Assembly: GCA_021817325.1 (NCBI GenBank)
Contig: JAKAVK010000013.1
Span: forward strand, 7,651-71,650
Source: Candidatus Micrarchaeota archaeon
GTDB lineage: Archaea > Micrarchaeota > Micrarchaeia > Micrarchaeales > CABMGC01
Direction of reading: 5' to 3'
DNA: 64,000 nt
The notes below the pieces were generated by a model. The model was not told the DNA's origin and did not search any database. It saw only the letters and a list, made by a program, of their open reading frames with translations. The position numbers and the translations under genes are program-made. The first letter of the stretch is position 1, and every line of letters begins with the position of its first letter. Positions 37,447-46,799 of the stretch are shown in pieces.

Positions 37447-39048
37447 CTATCCTATATAGATGGCGAACTTCCGCACGAACTTCTTAACGAAAATATACGC
37501 ACGGTTGCTGTTCCTCTTGACATCCTTTATGAAGGGTTTGTATCTTGCCTTCTCCTCAGGCGAGAGCTTCCCTTCCTTGACAATCTCTTGCTTCTTGCCG
37601 TCGACTATCTGCACCTCCCGCTTACTTATCACATCTTTCTTTGCCATCGCATACCATTCGTCCAGGGTTCCGCCGTGAGTCTTTATCATGCCTAGGAAGT
37701 CATTCATCTTTATCTTCCTCCTCTTGCCTGTCCTATCTTCCTCAACAGCAGGTATCAGCGCCGCCTTGTCGCATATCTCCGATATGTCTGCCTGCGAGAA
37801 GCCCATTGTAGCCCTTGCCAACCTGCCGTACTCCAGATGCCCTACTGGCATATTCCTGGTATTGTACTTGAATGCATCCTTCCTTGTCTTGTAGTCTGGT
37901 GGGGGTATGTAGATCGATTCGCCAAACCTCTTCGACCTCTTCAGTGCAGGGTCAATGTCCCACGGCTGGTTTGTAGCCCCTATGACGAAGAGACCCTCGG
38001 GGTTTGCCTCGACCCCATCCATCTCCTGCAGGAACTGGTTGACCGCCATCCTCATAAAGTTCTGCCCACCTTCCTGACCTCCGCTGTCTCCACCGCCCCT
38101 CTTTACACCCAGTGCATCGAGCTCGTCGAAGAATATGATGCACGGCGCATTCTTCCGCGCCTGCTCGAATATCGCGTGCATGTTCTTTTCGGTATTGCCG
38201 GCATACATATCCACTATCTCGTTTATCCTTGCTATTATGACGTTTGAGTTTGTCTCGCCGGCTATGGCATTGACAAGATAAGTCTTACCATTTCCTGGCG
38301 GGCCGTAGAAGATCACTCCAAGACCCAGTTTCTTTCCGTAGACCTTGAGTAGGCCGGGCTTCTTGATTGCCAGTATGATATTGTTCTTTATGAGCTCCTT
38401 CTCCTTATCCATCCCCACCAGGTCTGCGAAGCTGGAATTGGACTTGTGCCATCTCACCTTCTTGATCTGGCCCTCTTCCATCACGGTTGCGTTAGCTGCC
38501 GCTGGGCCTGCAGCTGCGCTCTTCGCGCCGGGCGGCTCCGCTTGCTTCTCAAGCTTTATCTTGAGCTGATCAAGCCTGGCCCTGGCCTGCTCATAATTGG
38601 GGTTCTTGCTCAGCGACTTCTGATACCACTCCTTTGCTCCTTGGTAGTCCTGCTGGTACTCGGCAACTATCCCCATGACATAAGGTGCATCGAAGCTGTC
38701 AGGCTCTATGTCCATTACATGCTCTGCATCCTGCTGCGCTTCCTGGTACTTGTTGAGTATGGCATACGATAGCGCCCTGTTGAAGTATGCGCTCGAGTAC
38801 TTTGGGTCGAGGGTTATTGCCTGCGTATACAACTCTATCGCTTCCTCGAACCTATTCTCCTCGAACGCTGCGCCAGCCTTGGTATAGACCTCCTTGGCCT
38901 GCGGATTTGTAGTTCCAGACTTCTTCTCTTTGCTATCCTGGTTAACTTCTGTTTTTTCCTCTGCATGATCAGCTGATTCTGCCACTTCAACCACTTGTCC
39001 ATCGCCGTATATAAATCTAGGCTCTTTTTGGTTTATATAACTTACCAT
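37447..39048 (-). CDS. TPR-domain AAA+ ATPase (Vps4/katanin/spastin-like single AAA module)
   Basis: TPR repeats (FEEAIELYTQAITLDPKYSSAYFNRALSY...), Walker A GPPGNGKTYL, Walker B IIFFDELDAL, SRH region. Confidence 0.85.
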   Translation of the reverse strand: MVSYINQKEPRFIYGDGQVVEVAESADHAEEKTEVNQDSKEKKSGTTNPQAKEVYTKAGAAFEENRFEEAIELYTQAITLDPKYSSAYFNRALSYAILNKYQEAQQDAEHVMDIEPDSFDAPYVMGIVAEYQQDYQGAKEWYQKSLSKNPNYEQARARLDQLKIKLEKQAEPPGAKSAAAGPAAANATVMEEGQIKKVRWHKSNSSFADLVGMDKEKELIKNNIILAIKKPGLLKVYGKKLGLGVIFYGPPGNGKTYLVNAIAGETNSNVIIARINEIVDMYAGNTEKNMHAIFEQARKNAPCIIFFDELDALGVKRGGGDSGGQEGGQNFMRMAVNQFLQEMDGVEANPEGLFVIGATNQPWDIDPALKRSKRFGESIYIPPPDYKTRKDAFKYNTRNMPVGHLEYGRLARATMGFSQADISEICDKAALIPAVEEDRTGKRRKIKMNDFLGMIKTHGGTLDEWYAMAKKDVISKREVQIVDGKKQEIVKEGKLSPEEKARYKPFIKDVKRNSNRAYIFVKKFVRKFAIYIG

Positions 39049-39186
39049 AAGATTAATCGCCTAAACCACGACAATTCGCAAAAATGACTATACCAGTTCC
39101 TATCAACGATACACAAGCCAGTAAAGAAGATATGCCTGCTGTACAAATTAGCAAAGAAATATGTCTAATCTAATAATATGCGGAAT

Positions 39187-39200
39187 GTTTAAATATAAGG
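39187..39200 (+). promoter_or_regulatory. TATA-like box for the 39228 gene
   Basis: gtttaaatataagg, 28-41 nt upstream of the ATG. Confidence 0.4.
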
Positions 39201-39227
39201 AAGCCCACTACAGTCCTATGTGATATA

Positions 39228-40220
39228 ATGCAATTGAGATCTAGAAACAGTGCCGAGAAAATCGCAGAACTGATAGTGAGTGATAAGAGGTGGACCCCGG
39301 AAAACACCGAGGTGAGAGTCTACGACAGAAAAAATGCAGAAGAGCTTTTGTCTGACAGCCCTGAGGCACGAAGGATACGATTCGAACTGTCGCTTATATA
39401 CCAATACGCATATGTCGGGCAGAACTCCAGGATCGGCAATGCAACTGGATTGCCTGCAGATTCGAGCAAGTTTAGGGGAGCGAGTTTCTGGCCTGGATAT
39501 AAGTCCCCGGATGATATACCTGACAGGTGGGCAACTTATATAGCAAAGGACATAGTCGGTAGCCCCACAGGAAGCGTGATAGTCGCTATGGATGGAAATA
39601 CGGGCACCGTGGTAGGCAGCAACTTGCTGATAGGATGGAAGGAGATCCTTGGCAGCTATCATAAGGATCTTGAATCAACAGTGAAGCTTATGACCCGGAG
39701 GGTAGGTGCAGATCTTCTGGGCCAGATGGGCTATGGGATAGACCTTACCACAATAGGAAATGGCTCTGGCAAAGTGCTCTGGGTTGCAACACTCGGCGAC
39801 CAGACAAAGCGTGGCTTTGCAGGAATTGCAGAATGGACCAGCCCCGAGCTGGTCGACGGCCGTAAGATTCCAATAAGGGAGAAGTATTGGCCAGAAGCGG
39901 GGTTTGTAGAGATAACGACCTTGGATGGCAAGGAGAAGCCAATGCGCGGAATAGAGTGGGCATCTGCAGCTAAGGATAAGCCACGCTTCGGATGGGAGGA
40001 AAACCAGGGTATATATGCCGTAATGACGTTTGATCCCGCCAAGAACCCTATAAAAGCAGTCCTTCGCGTTGCGCAGGAGGAGTCCCCAAAGCCCGCAGCA
40101 GAAGCCGCCCAACCGAGCAGCGGACAGGGGTCCGGTACGTATAGTTTTAGCGCAGGCCAGCTTAGCTATGAACAGAGATACTCAGGCGCAGCGCTTAGAG
40201 GATCGCATAACGTAGTATAA
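39228..40220 (+). CDS. Hypothetical protein, 330 aa
   Basis: Balanced composition, no TM segments, no family recognised. Pro/Ala/Gln/Ser-rich C-terminal tail. Confidence 0.7.
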   Translation: MQLRSRNSAEKIAELIVSDKRWTPENTEVRVYDRKNAEELLSDSPEARRIRFELSLIYQYAYVGQNSRIGNATGLPADSSKFRGASFWPGYKSPDDIPDRWATYIAKDIVGSPTGSVIVAMDGNTGTVVGSNLLIGWKEILGSYHKDLESTVKLMTRRVGADLLGQMGYGIDLTTIGNGSGKVLWVATLGDQTKRGFAGIAEWTSPELVDGRKIPIREKYWPEAGFVEITTLDGKEKPMRGIEWASAAKDKPRFGWEENQGIYAVMTFDPAKNPIKAVLRVAQEESPKPAAEAAQPSSGQGSGTYSFSAGQLSYEQRYSGAALRGSHNVV

Positions 40221-40285
40221 TCCGGGCAAAGTATCAGATAAGGGATCTACCAAGCAGGGATTGGTAAAAGACCAAGCCTGATCTC

Positions 40286-41236
40286 ATGGAGAAGCAAATG
40301 CCGCGTGGAAGGGAAGGAGGTATCCATCAGCCTGCAGCAGCGCAGCGGCAAGCGGGCAGAATAGCCCATATAAAAAACCTGGAAAGGCGTTATGAGGACA
40401 TAAAGAATAATAAAAAGGCCAGGCTCGCAGCAGTCTGCGGCTTGGCCGTATCAGCGCCAGCCTCAATAGCGGCATCCCTGATCACAGGTAATCCAAATAT
40501 AGCAGGGGGGATAGCCACTGCAGTTACAAGCACCGTCTATCTTCCCATAACTCATAAAATATTGAAGGAAAAGCAAGTCATGGGGCCATCAATACCTGCC
40601 TTCGGTTTCGATACTGTTGTCACAGCTAATTTTGCCGACGTCGGGTTTATGCTGCATCCAGCCTCACTGCCTCTAATAGTCTCTAATCTTGCCTGCGTGG
40701 CCTTCGCAGCGCCTGCAATACCCCTAGTTTTCAGCCAGCAGCTCAAGGCTGCATATATGGAAAGGCAAGCAAGGAATGCAAGTACTGTCAAAAGAGCTGA
40801 GCCCGGGGTGCATGGTTTTGTGCGAAGGCGTATGTCAGACCCTGTAGCACGATTCTACGCTGCATCAATAACCCCGTTTCTCATAGCAGGTGGTACTGTT
40901 GCTGCCTCCATAGCCGCGCATGCGCCATCATATGTTCCTGGTGCAGTAGGCACGGCTGCAGCACCGTTTGTATACCTATGCCAGACCGCGCGCACAGCAA
41001 AGCTGATGAAGAGGAAGGGTCTAGATGTTGCATCCCAGGCCCTGTCCCCAGGCGCATATGCATACGACTCTGTCGCCCAATCCAACTGGCTCACATACGC
41101 TGCAATGAAGAACATACCCACGCTCATAGCTGTCCAGCTGGCCATAATGGCCGGGTGGGTATATCCATTCGCAGTGAGTGTCAGAAAGATGACCAGGGGT
41201 ATAAATAGCAAAATCACCGGCCAGGGCAAGCAGTAG
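40286..41236 (+). CDS. Polytopic membrane protein with internal 3-TM duplication (possible PQ-loop/SWEET-like 3+1+3 topology)
   Basis: Two similar segments, YLPITHKILKEKQVMG... and YLCQTARTAKLMKRKGLD..., each followed by two more helices. Basic cytosolic N-terminus. Confidence 0.6.
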   Translation: MEKQMPRGREGGIHQPAAAQRQAGRIAHIKNLERRYEDIKNNKKARLAAVCGLAVSAPASIAASLITGNPNIAGGIATAVTSTVYLPITHKILKEKQVMGPSIPAFGFDTVVTANFADVGFMLHPASLPLIVSNLACVAFAAPAIPLVFSQQLKAAYMERQARNASTVKRAEPGVHGFVRRRMSDPVARFYAASITPFLIAGGTVAASIAAHAPSYVPGAVGTAAAPFVYLCQTARTAKLMKRKGLDVASQALSPGAYAYDSVAQSNWLTYAAMKNIPTLIAVQLAIMAGWVYPFAVSVRKMTRGINSKITGQGKQ

Positions 41237-41363
41237 CCGCAGCACGCCGGGTACAATTTAAATATATAAAAAGCCCCCCTTCTATGTGTTGATTAACCTA
41301 TGTTAACTACTGCACACGCCACTGACAACAACTGCCTTGCTGTTGATGCCGTAAAGAACATCT

Positions 41364-42098
41364 ATGGGCTCCGTGCTGGATATGGCCGGAGAAAAGGTTG
41401 ACAAAATGGCAAACCGCATAATTTACGAGGCTGCCGCAGTGAGGCAGTACGTCAAGTTAGAGAAGGAAGGCGATATAGGCGTGCGCCTCAAGCGATTTGG
41501 CTATGCAGACATAATGTACAGCACAGCCCTAGAGAAGGTCTACATTGCGGAGGAGAAGCTCATGGCTGAGGGTAAGGGGGAAGCTGTCGAGCGCATAGGT
41601 AGGAAGATGGACTCATACCTCCCTGGTCAAGTTGGTTCATTGCGGGAGTTAGACTTAGCAAGGCGGAGGGCGCTGACCATAATATCGGATCCCGATAGCA
41701 TCCTGAACGACTGGCTTGGGGAAGCGCTTCCATCGCTGCGCAGGCATGAAGAGCTCGCCGGATTACGGAGGAGTATGGGCGAATCACAACTGTCCGTAGC
41801 CAATGCGCGCTTCGAGAGCCCACGGTTCCTTTACGAAGAGCGTGAACGCCTTGGCAGTGATATAAAGTTTCTTGACGCTACCTGCGGAGCAGGTCCGGAT
41901 GGCAGAGCCCTGCCGCTCAAGGAATTCGATAGGAGAATAATGAAGGTGCTGTACCAGGCCATGAAGAAAGGTGTATCTTACATAGCGATATCTGAGGAAA
42001 ACAGGCGGGATGTGATCAGGCTGAGCACCGGCATACTGGACACAAAAATGGGGAATGTCACATTCATACCTGTCTGGTACTCCAGTGAGCTGCCTTAG
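41364..42098 (+). CDS. Hypothetical protein, 244 aa
   Basis: Track ORF, soluble, charged/helical. No family recognised. Its stop overlaps the convergent RNase H stop region. Confidence 0.65.
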   Translation: MGSVLDMAGEKVDKMANRIIYEAAAVRQYVKLEKEGDIGVRLKRFGYADIMYSTALEKVYIAEEKLMAEGKGEAVERIGRKMDSYLPGQVGSLRELDLARRRALTIISDPDSILNDWLGEALPSLRRHEELAGLRRSMGESQLSVANARFESPRFLYEERERLGSDIKFLDATCGAGPDGRALPLKEFDRRIMKVLYQAMKKGVSYIAISEENRRDVIRLSTGILDTKMGNVTFIPVWYSSELP

Positions 42099-42526
42099 CC
42101 GATCCTGTCCAGGAGTTCGTTAAGGCTGGCATCAACGCTGGATATATGCTCGTTCTCCCTTAGCACGCTGTTCAGCTTCACCGACTTAAACTTGCTTACC
42201 AGTTCTTTGGCCTGCGCGTGGAGTACCTTCAACCCCTCGCCCTTCACCTTGTACTCTCCCTTCAACTGCCTTATCATCAGCTCGCTGTCAGAGTAAAGCA
42301 TTATCTCGACGTCGTTGCCGTACTCAGCCTGCGCCTTCTTCAAGGCCTCTATCAGCGCCAGGTACTCGGCTTCATTATTGGTTCTTATCCCATTATAGAA
42401 GGAGTACTTAACAACCAGATTATGCGCATCGTCTAGGATCTCGTAACCTGACGCACTCTTTCCAGGATTCTTTCTCGATGCGCCGTCCGTATAGATATAA
42501 AGTTGCATTATAAAATACCTCTGCAA
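42095..42526 (-). CDS. rnhA: Ribonuclease HI
   Basis: IYTDGASRKNPG, TNNEAEYLALIEAL, YSDSELM (the DEDD catalytic set). Alternative ATG at 42508. Confidence 0.88.
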   Translation of the reverse strand: MQRYFIMQLYIYTDGASRKNPGKSASGYEILDDAHNLVVKYSFYNGIRTNNEAEYLALIEALKKAQAEYGNDVEIMLYSDSELMIRQLKGEYKVKGEGLKVLHAQAKELVSKFKSVKLNSVLRENEHISSVDASLNELLDRIG

Positions 42527-42532
42527 ACGTTT

Positions 42533-43288
42533 TTATTGGAACGCTATCTTCCTGAGCCTGTCTACCCTCCCGAAATTCAGCGATTCGCCTTCGCCTATGC
42601 AGTATGCGGTCATCATATCAACATCTGCCATCGTGTCGAAGACAGGTGCCATCACGCCGACATCTTCCAGGTTCACGCTCACTCCCTCCGCAAAGTAGTT
42701 CATTGCAGGAAGCACTATAAGTTCCCTGCCATCCGCCATCTTCCCATACAGGAAAGCCTTAAACTTCTCCTTTACGCCGAGCTTGTTGTAGATTGCTATC
42801 GCAGGATGCACATGTCCCATTATCAGGGTCTTTCCCGACTTGCCCTGTGGCAGTGCATCGCCGTGGAAGAAGAGATAATCACCAAGCAAGCCTTCCTCTG
42901 TATACGTCTCGAACTTCAGTGATTCCCTTAGCCTCTCAATGAAGTTATCATGGTTGCCTTTTATCAGCGTTATGTGCCTGAGGCCATGCTCCTTCCTGAG
43001 AAAGTTAGCAAAGTCATAAAATTCGTTGAATTCCTCAACATGCACGTCAGAGAACTCATTCTTTATGTCGCCGTCTATAATTATCCTCTCGGCATGCGTC
43101 TCCTCAAGCGCCTTGCTTACGGTTTCCTTCACTTTCTTCAGGTTCATCTTCGGTAGGAAAGTTCCCCTGTCCGCCATCACTCCCTCATAGCCTAGGTGAA
43201 GGTCCGAGCACGCAATTGCAGAGAGCGATTTTATGTATAACACTGGGAGTCCGTCGACTATTTCGATGTCTCTTGTGATCATTGTCAT
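42533..43288 (-). CDS. Calcineurin-like metallophosphoesterase (MPE, COG1407-like, Lhr-associated)
   Basis: DLHLG, IIDGDIKNEF, IKGNHDNF, GHVHP. 4-nt overlap with the lhr stop. Confidence 0.85.
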   Translation of the reverse strand: MTMITRDIEIVDGLPVLYIKSLSAIACSDLHLGYEGVMADRGTFLPKMNLKKVKETVSKALEETHAERIIIDGDIKNEFSDVHVEEFNEFYDFANFLRKEHGLRHITLIKGNHDNFIERLRESLKFETYTEEGLLGDYLFFHGDALPQGKSGKTLIMGHVHPAIAIYNKLGVKEKFKAFLYGKMADGRELIVLPAMNYFAEGVSVNLEDVGVMAPVFDTMADVDMMTAYCIGEGESLNFGRVDRLRKIAFQ

Positions 43289-45942
43289 GCCAACTTCCTC
43301 ATCTGCTGCAGCACCTGTCTGTGCAGCTCCCTTAAATGCTTCCTCCTGTCCTTCATCATTACTATGTCGGCTTCGCCAAACGTTATCATGTTGTGGGAGA
43401 AAGGCGAGGGCACAACGGTCTCTATCGTCTTGTATTTTATCTCGCCATTGACAAGCTTCCTTATGATCATCTCGGCCCTTGGCAGGTCCATGACGTCGTC
43501 GAAGATCTCCCTGTATGTCTCCTTTAACACAGGGAACTCACTGCTTATCTCCTCAACAGCCTTGAGCAGGTACTGCGAGCTTATCTGCTGTTTCCTTACG
43601 CTGATCTTCCTGCCCTTGTAGTTCCTCAGTATCATGAAGCTGCGTGCCGCGTTGTGCCTGAACTTTCTGCGCATCAGCTCCGTCCTCCTTATGTTCTCCC
43701 TGAGCAGCTCCCTCGCGTCAGTGCTGCCAAGCTCGCTTATTATCTGGGAGATGTCATCCCTGCCTATCTTCACATCCAATTCTGTTACCAGGACGAATCC
43801 GTTGTCGGTTATGTTGACTGCGACGTCTGTCTCGTAAATGTCTCCGATCCGTATTGCAAATATTCTGGACAGCGCATCATTTATCCTTCTGCCGTAAAGA
43901 GCGTGAAATATGAGGAGGTTGCGCTCCTGCTCCTCGTCTGCAGTCCTCTCCACAATTATAAATCTGTCATTGGGTACATAGCCCGTGTACAGCAGCTGCT
44001 CGACGAAATAGTTGAAGATGGAGTTCTTTGTGTTTTCATCAAGCGGCATCTGGTCCAGTATCTCTCTTGCCTCGTCATTGGGCTTGAGCCTGCTCTTATT
44101 CAGCAGCCTTAGGGTACCAATGTCTTTCTCCCTCGCGTGTCCGGCAGCTATTGCCATCCTCTCCCTGAACTGGCCTATCTCAAGGGCAAGTTCGTATGTC
44201 AGCGGAAGCTGCTCAGAGTACCACGGAGGTATGGTCGGTATCTGCCCTTGTGCATCACTGACGTAGGCCTTCATGACCCTGGAGTATTCGAACCTGTAAG
44301 GTTTCCCCCCGAGCACGAAGATGTCTCCGGGCTTAAGTTTCGAGAGGAATTCCTCCTGTATGCTGCCTATCCACTTGTTTGCGCTGGTCACTACGTCTAT
44401 TGCAACCTCGTCCGGTATGGTGCCCAGGTTGAGGTAGTAAATAAGCTTTGTGAGCCTGCCCCTCCTACCGAATGTGTTCTCCCTGGTATCGTACCATATC
44501 TTCGCGTAGACCCTCCTGCTCTCAAGGCCCACGTACATGCCTGAGAGGTACTCGAGAAGCGATATGAAATCCCTCTTTGGGAGTTCATGGTATGCATATA
44601 CATTCCTTATCATATCATATGCTTCATCAACATTCCACTTTCTGTTCTGCGACATGCCGACTATATGCTGTGCAAGCACGTCAAGCGCATTCTTTGGGGT
44701 AGTGAATGTGTCCATGTGCCTCTTCATAGCAGCGTCCAGCATCACCGAGCATTCAACAAGGTCATCCCTGTTGGTCACCACTACCTCTCCCCTTGCTATG
44801 TCGTTGAAGCTGTGTCCAGATCTGCCTATCCTCTGTATGACTCTTGCAACGCTCTTCGGAGATCCTATCTGCACCACGTTGTCTATTGTGCCTATATCTA
44901 TCCCAAGCTCCAGGCTGGTAGACGAGACTGCTGCCCTCAGTTTGCCCTTCTTGAGGAGGTCCTCGACGCCAAGCCTCATCTCCCTCGAGAGCGAGCCATG
45001 ATGCGCAGCTATGGAGTCATCGCTATACTTGAATCGTTTCGAGAGATTGTAGACCACCCTCTCGGTACCGCTCCTTGTATTTGTAAAGACCAGAGTCGTC
45101 TTGTTTTTCTTTATTATACTGTCTATCAGTTTGTATATCGAGTTCTCTATAATGCTGTCCCTCTCATTTATTATGTCTGGTACTGGGCATACCGCGATAA
45201 AATCCATCCTCTTGTCCCACGTCGCATCCACTATGTAGCAATCCCTCTCCTTCTCACCATTGTAGCCTGCGAGGAACCGTGCGGCGTTGTCCAGCGGCGA
45301 GAGAGTGGCGCCCATGCCTATGCGTATGAAATCGTGACCTATCATATTGCTGAGTCTCTCTATCGAGAGCGAGAGATGCACACCCCTCTTGTTGTTGGCT
45401 AGCTCATGCAGCTCATCTATTATCACGTACTTGACGCCATTCAGGTGCCTTGAGAACTTCTCCGAGTTGATCATTATTGCCAGCGTCTCAGGGGTCGTGA
45501 TCAGTATGTTTGGCGGATGCGCCAGCATGCGCTGTCTGTCCTTCTGCGGGGTATCCCCTGTCCTTATCCCTACAGTTATCCTGCGGAGGTCTATGCTTAT
45601 GTCATCATATATCTGCTCCAGCGGAACGCTCAGGTTCCTGTGTATGTCGTTGTTCAGCGCCCTAAGCGGCGAGACATAGATGCAATACACCTTCTCCTCC
45701 AGCTTGCCATTCAGCGACAGGTTCATCAGGTCGCTTAGTATGCCTATGAACGCCGAGAGAGTCTTTCCGCTGCCCGTAGGCGCGGTTATCAGTATGTTGT
45801 ACCCCTCCTTTATCAGCTTAAGCGAGTATCTCTGCGGTGGAGTGAGCTCCTTATACCTGCTCTCAAACCACTTTCTTACGAATATGTTGAGCGTATCCAG
45901 GCTCTCCTCCCTGCTGAACGGTTCTCTCCAGTAATCTATCAT
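43285..45942 (-). CDS. lhr: Lhr-type large DEAD/DEAH-box helicase (SF2)
   Basis: APTGSGKT, DELH, SSTSLELGID, QRIGRSGH, plus the ~400-aa Lhr-type C-terminal extension. 885 aa. Confidence 0.9.
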   Translation of the reverse strand: MIDYWREPFSREESLDTLNIFVRKWFESRYKELTPPQRYSLKLIKEGYNILITAPTGSGKTLSAFIGILSDLMNLSLNGKLEEKVYCIYVSPLRALNNDIHRNLSVPLEQIYDDISIDLRRITVGIRTGDTPQKDRQRMLAHPPNILITTPETLAIMINSEKFSRHLNGVKYVIIDELHELANNKRGVHLSLSIERLSNMIGHDFIRIGMGATLSPLDNAARFLAGYNGEKERDCYIVDATWDKRMDFIAVCPVPDIINERDSIIENSIYKLIDSIIKKNKTTLVFTNTRSGTERVVYNLSKRFKYSDDSIAAHHGSLSREMRLGVEDLLKKGKLRAAVSSTSLELGIDIGTIDNVVQIGSPKSVARVIQRIGRSGHSFNDIARGEVVVTNRDDLVECSVMLDAAMKRHMDTFTTPKNALDVLAQHIVGMSQNRKWNVDEAYDMIRNVYAYHELPKRDFISLLEYLSGMYVGLESRRVYAKIWYDTRENTFGRRGRLTKLIYYLNLGTIPDEVAIDVVTSANKWIGSIQEEFLSKLKPGDIFVLGGKPYRFEYSRVMKAYVSDAQGQIPTIPPWYSEQLPLTYELALEIGQFRERMAIAAGHAREKDIGTLRLLNKSRLKPNDEAREILDQMPLDENTKNSIFNYFVEQLLYTGYVPNDRFIIVERTADEEQERNLLIFHALYGRRINDALSRIFAIRIGDIYETDVAVNITDNGFVLVTELDVKIGRDDISQIISELGSTDARELLRENIRRTELMRRKFRHNAARSFMILRNYKGRKISVRKQQISSQYLLKAVEEISSEFPVLKETYREIFDDVMDLPRAEMIIRKLVNGEIKYKTIETVVPSPFSHNMITFGEADIVMMKDRRKHLRELHRQVLQQMRKLA

Positions 45943-46134
45943 ACGTAGTCTCCTACAAAACTAGCAGCACTATTATTTGTCGAATAAAGCATATATATTT
46001 GCCATCTTCGTCCCAAACTGCCCTCGCGCCGGTGCCGCATGCTAAACACGGGGCAACATTTAAAGACTTAAGTTCGCCACTTTGAGTAGCGAAGTCTTAA
46101 CCCTCTGACCCAACTCGATTCGCCAAATCGACTT

Positions 46135-46374
46135 TTACCAGCGCAGATTGAGGTTTTTATCCCCATATTTGAGGGGAAAGTCGCCCAAAATCGCACGAAT
46201 TGGAGGTGAAAGATTGCTCACAACTTTGATTCTGAACCCGTTATCAGGGTAAATCACAGCAAGTGTCAAATTTCCAAGGTATTTTTTGAGTAACTTGAAA
46301 TTTTTGACGTTAGGATTCTTGCATGAATTCAATGTCAAATCTATCATGGCAGTTGCAAGGAAACAGATGAACAA
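46135..46374 (-). other. Orphan 79-codon ORF in an AT-rich non-coding island (possible gene remnant)
   Basis: Track ORF only. Visibly lower GC than the flanks. Short upstream ORFs lie in shifted frames. Hairpins at ~46063-46100 and ~46163-46178 (CCCCATATTTGAGGGG). Confidence 0.25.
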
Positions 46375-46552
46375 AGCTATGCCAGGCCGTAATCCGATTC
46401 TATTTTATCCATCACAGATAAACTACCTAATGGTAGTGTTACGTTGTTCTTCATGTTATCAATGAGAATACGCAACCTACCATTTTTTAAGGTTTAAAGT
46501 GGCGAGGTTAAGTTTAAAGAGTTATCTCTACATTAAATACAAGCTGATCTGT

Positions 46553-46798
46553 ATGGCAAAGAAATCTAATAGCAGGTTGTCTAAGAAGCTCGCGGCTCTG
46601 GATACGTCTGAGCGAATAAACAAGCTCTGGCAGGATACCACTACGAAGAGCGAGGCGCTGCAGAACAGCGCAGGTGAATCGAGGCCGGAGTACGAATCCC
46701 ATGTACTAGACCTTCTCGAGCACCGCTCCCCTGCACAGGCTCCTGAATCAAGAAAGGCACAAAGCAGTGCTAAACGGTCCAAGAAGGAAAAGCAGTAA
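46553..46798 (+). CDS. Small basic hypothetical protein (81 aa)
   Basis: MAKKSNSRLSKKLAALD...SAKRSKKEKQ. Start trimmed to ATG 46553. No family recognised. Confidence 0.4.
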   Translation: MAKKSNSRLSKKLAALDTSERINKLWQDTTTKSEALQNSAGESRPEYESHVLDLLEHRSPAQAPESRKAQSSAKRSKKEKQ

Positions 46799-46799
46799 G

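Noticed and set aside
41300-41401. 33-codon ORF (MLTTAHATDNNCLAVDAVKNIYGLRAGYGRRKG) downstream of the TATA-like box at 41255-41273, overlapping the start of the 244-aa gene
   Set aside because: It could be a leaderless mini-ORF, but there is no supporting conservation or motif. More likely it is the 5' UTR of the 41364 gene.
44587-45402. 271-aa plus-strand ORF, plus several 130-150-aa ORFs opposite the Lhr helicase
   Set aside because: They are antisense to a helicase with all SF2 motifs intact, and their composition is skewed.
46150-46200. CRISPR repeat-like sequence (…TTTTTATCCCCATATTTGAGGGGAAAG)
   Set aside because: It is a single copy. No second repeat at spacer distance and no cas genes occur in the window, so no CRISPR call is made.
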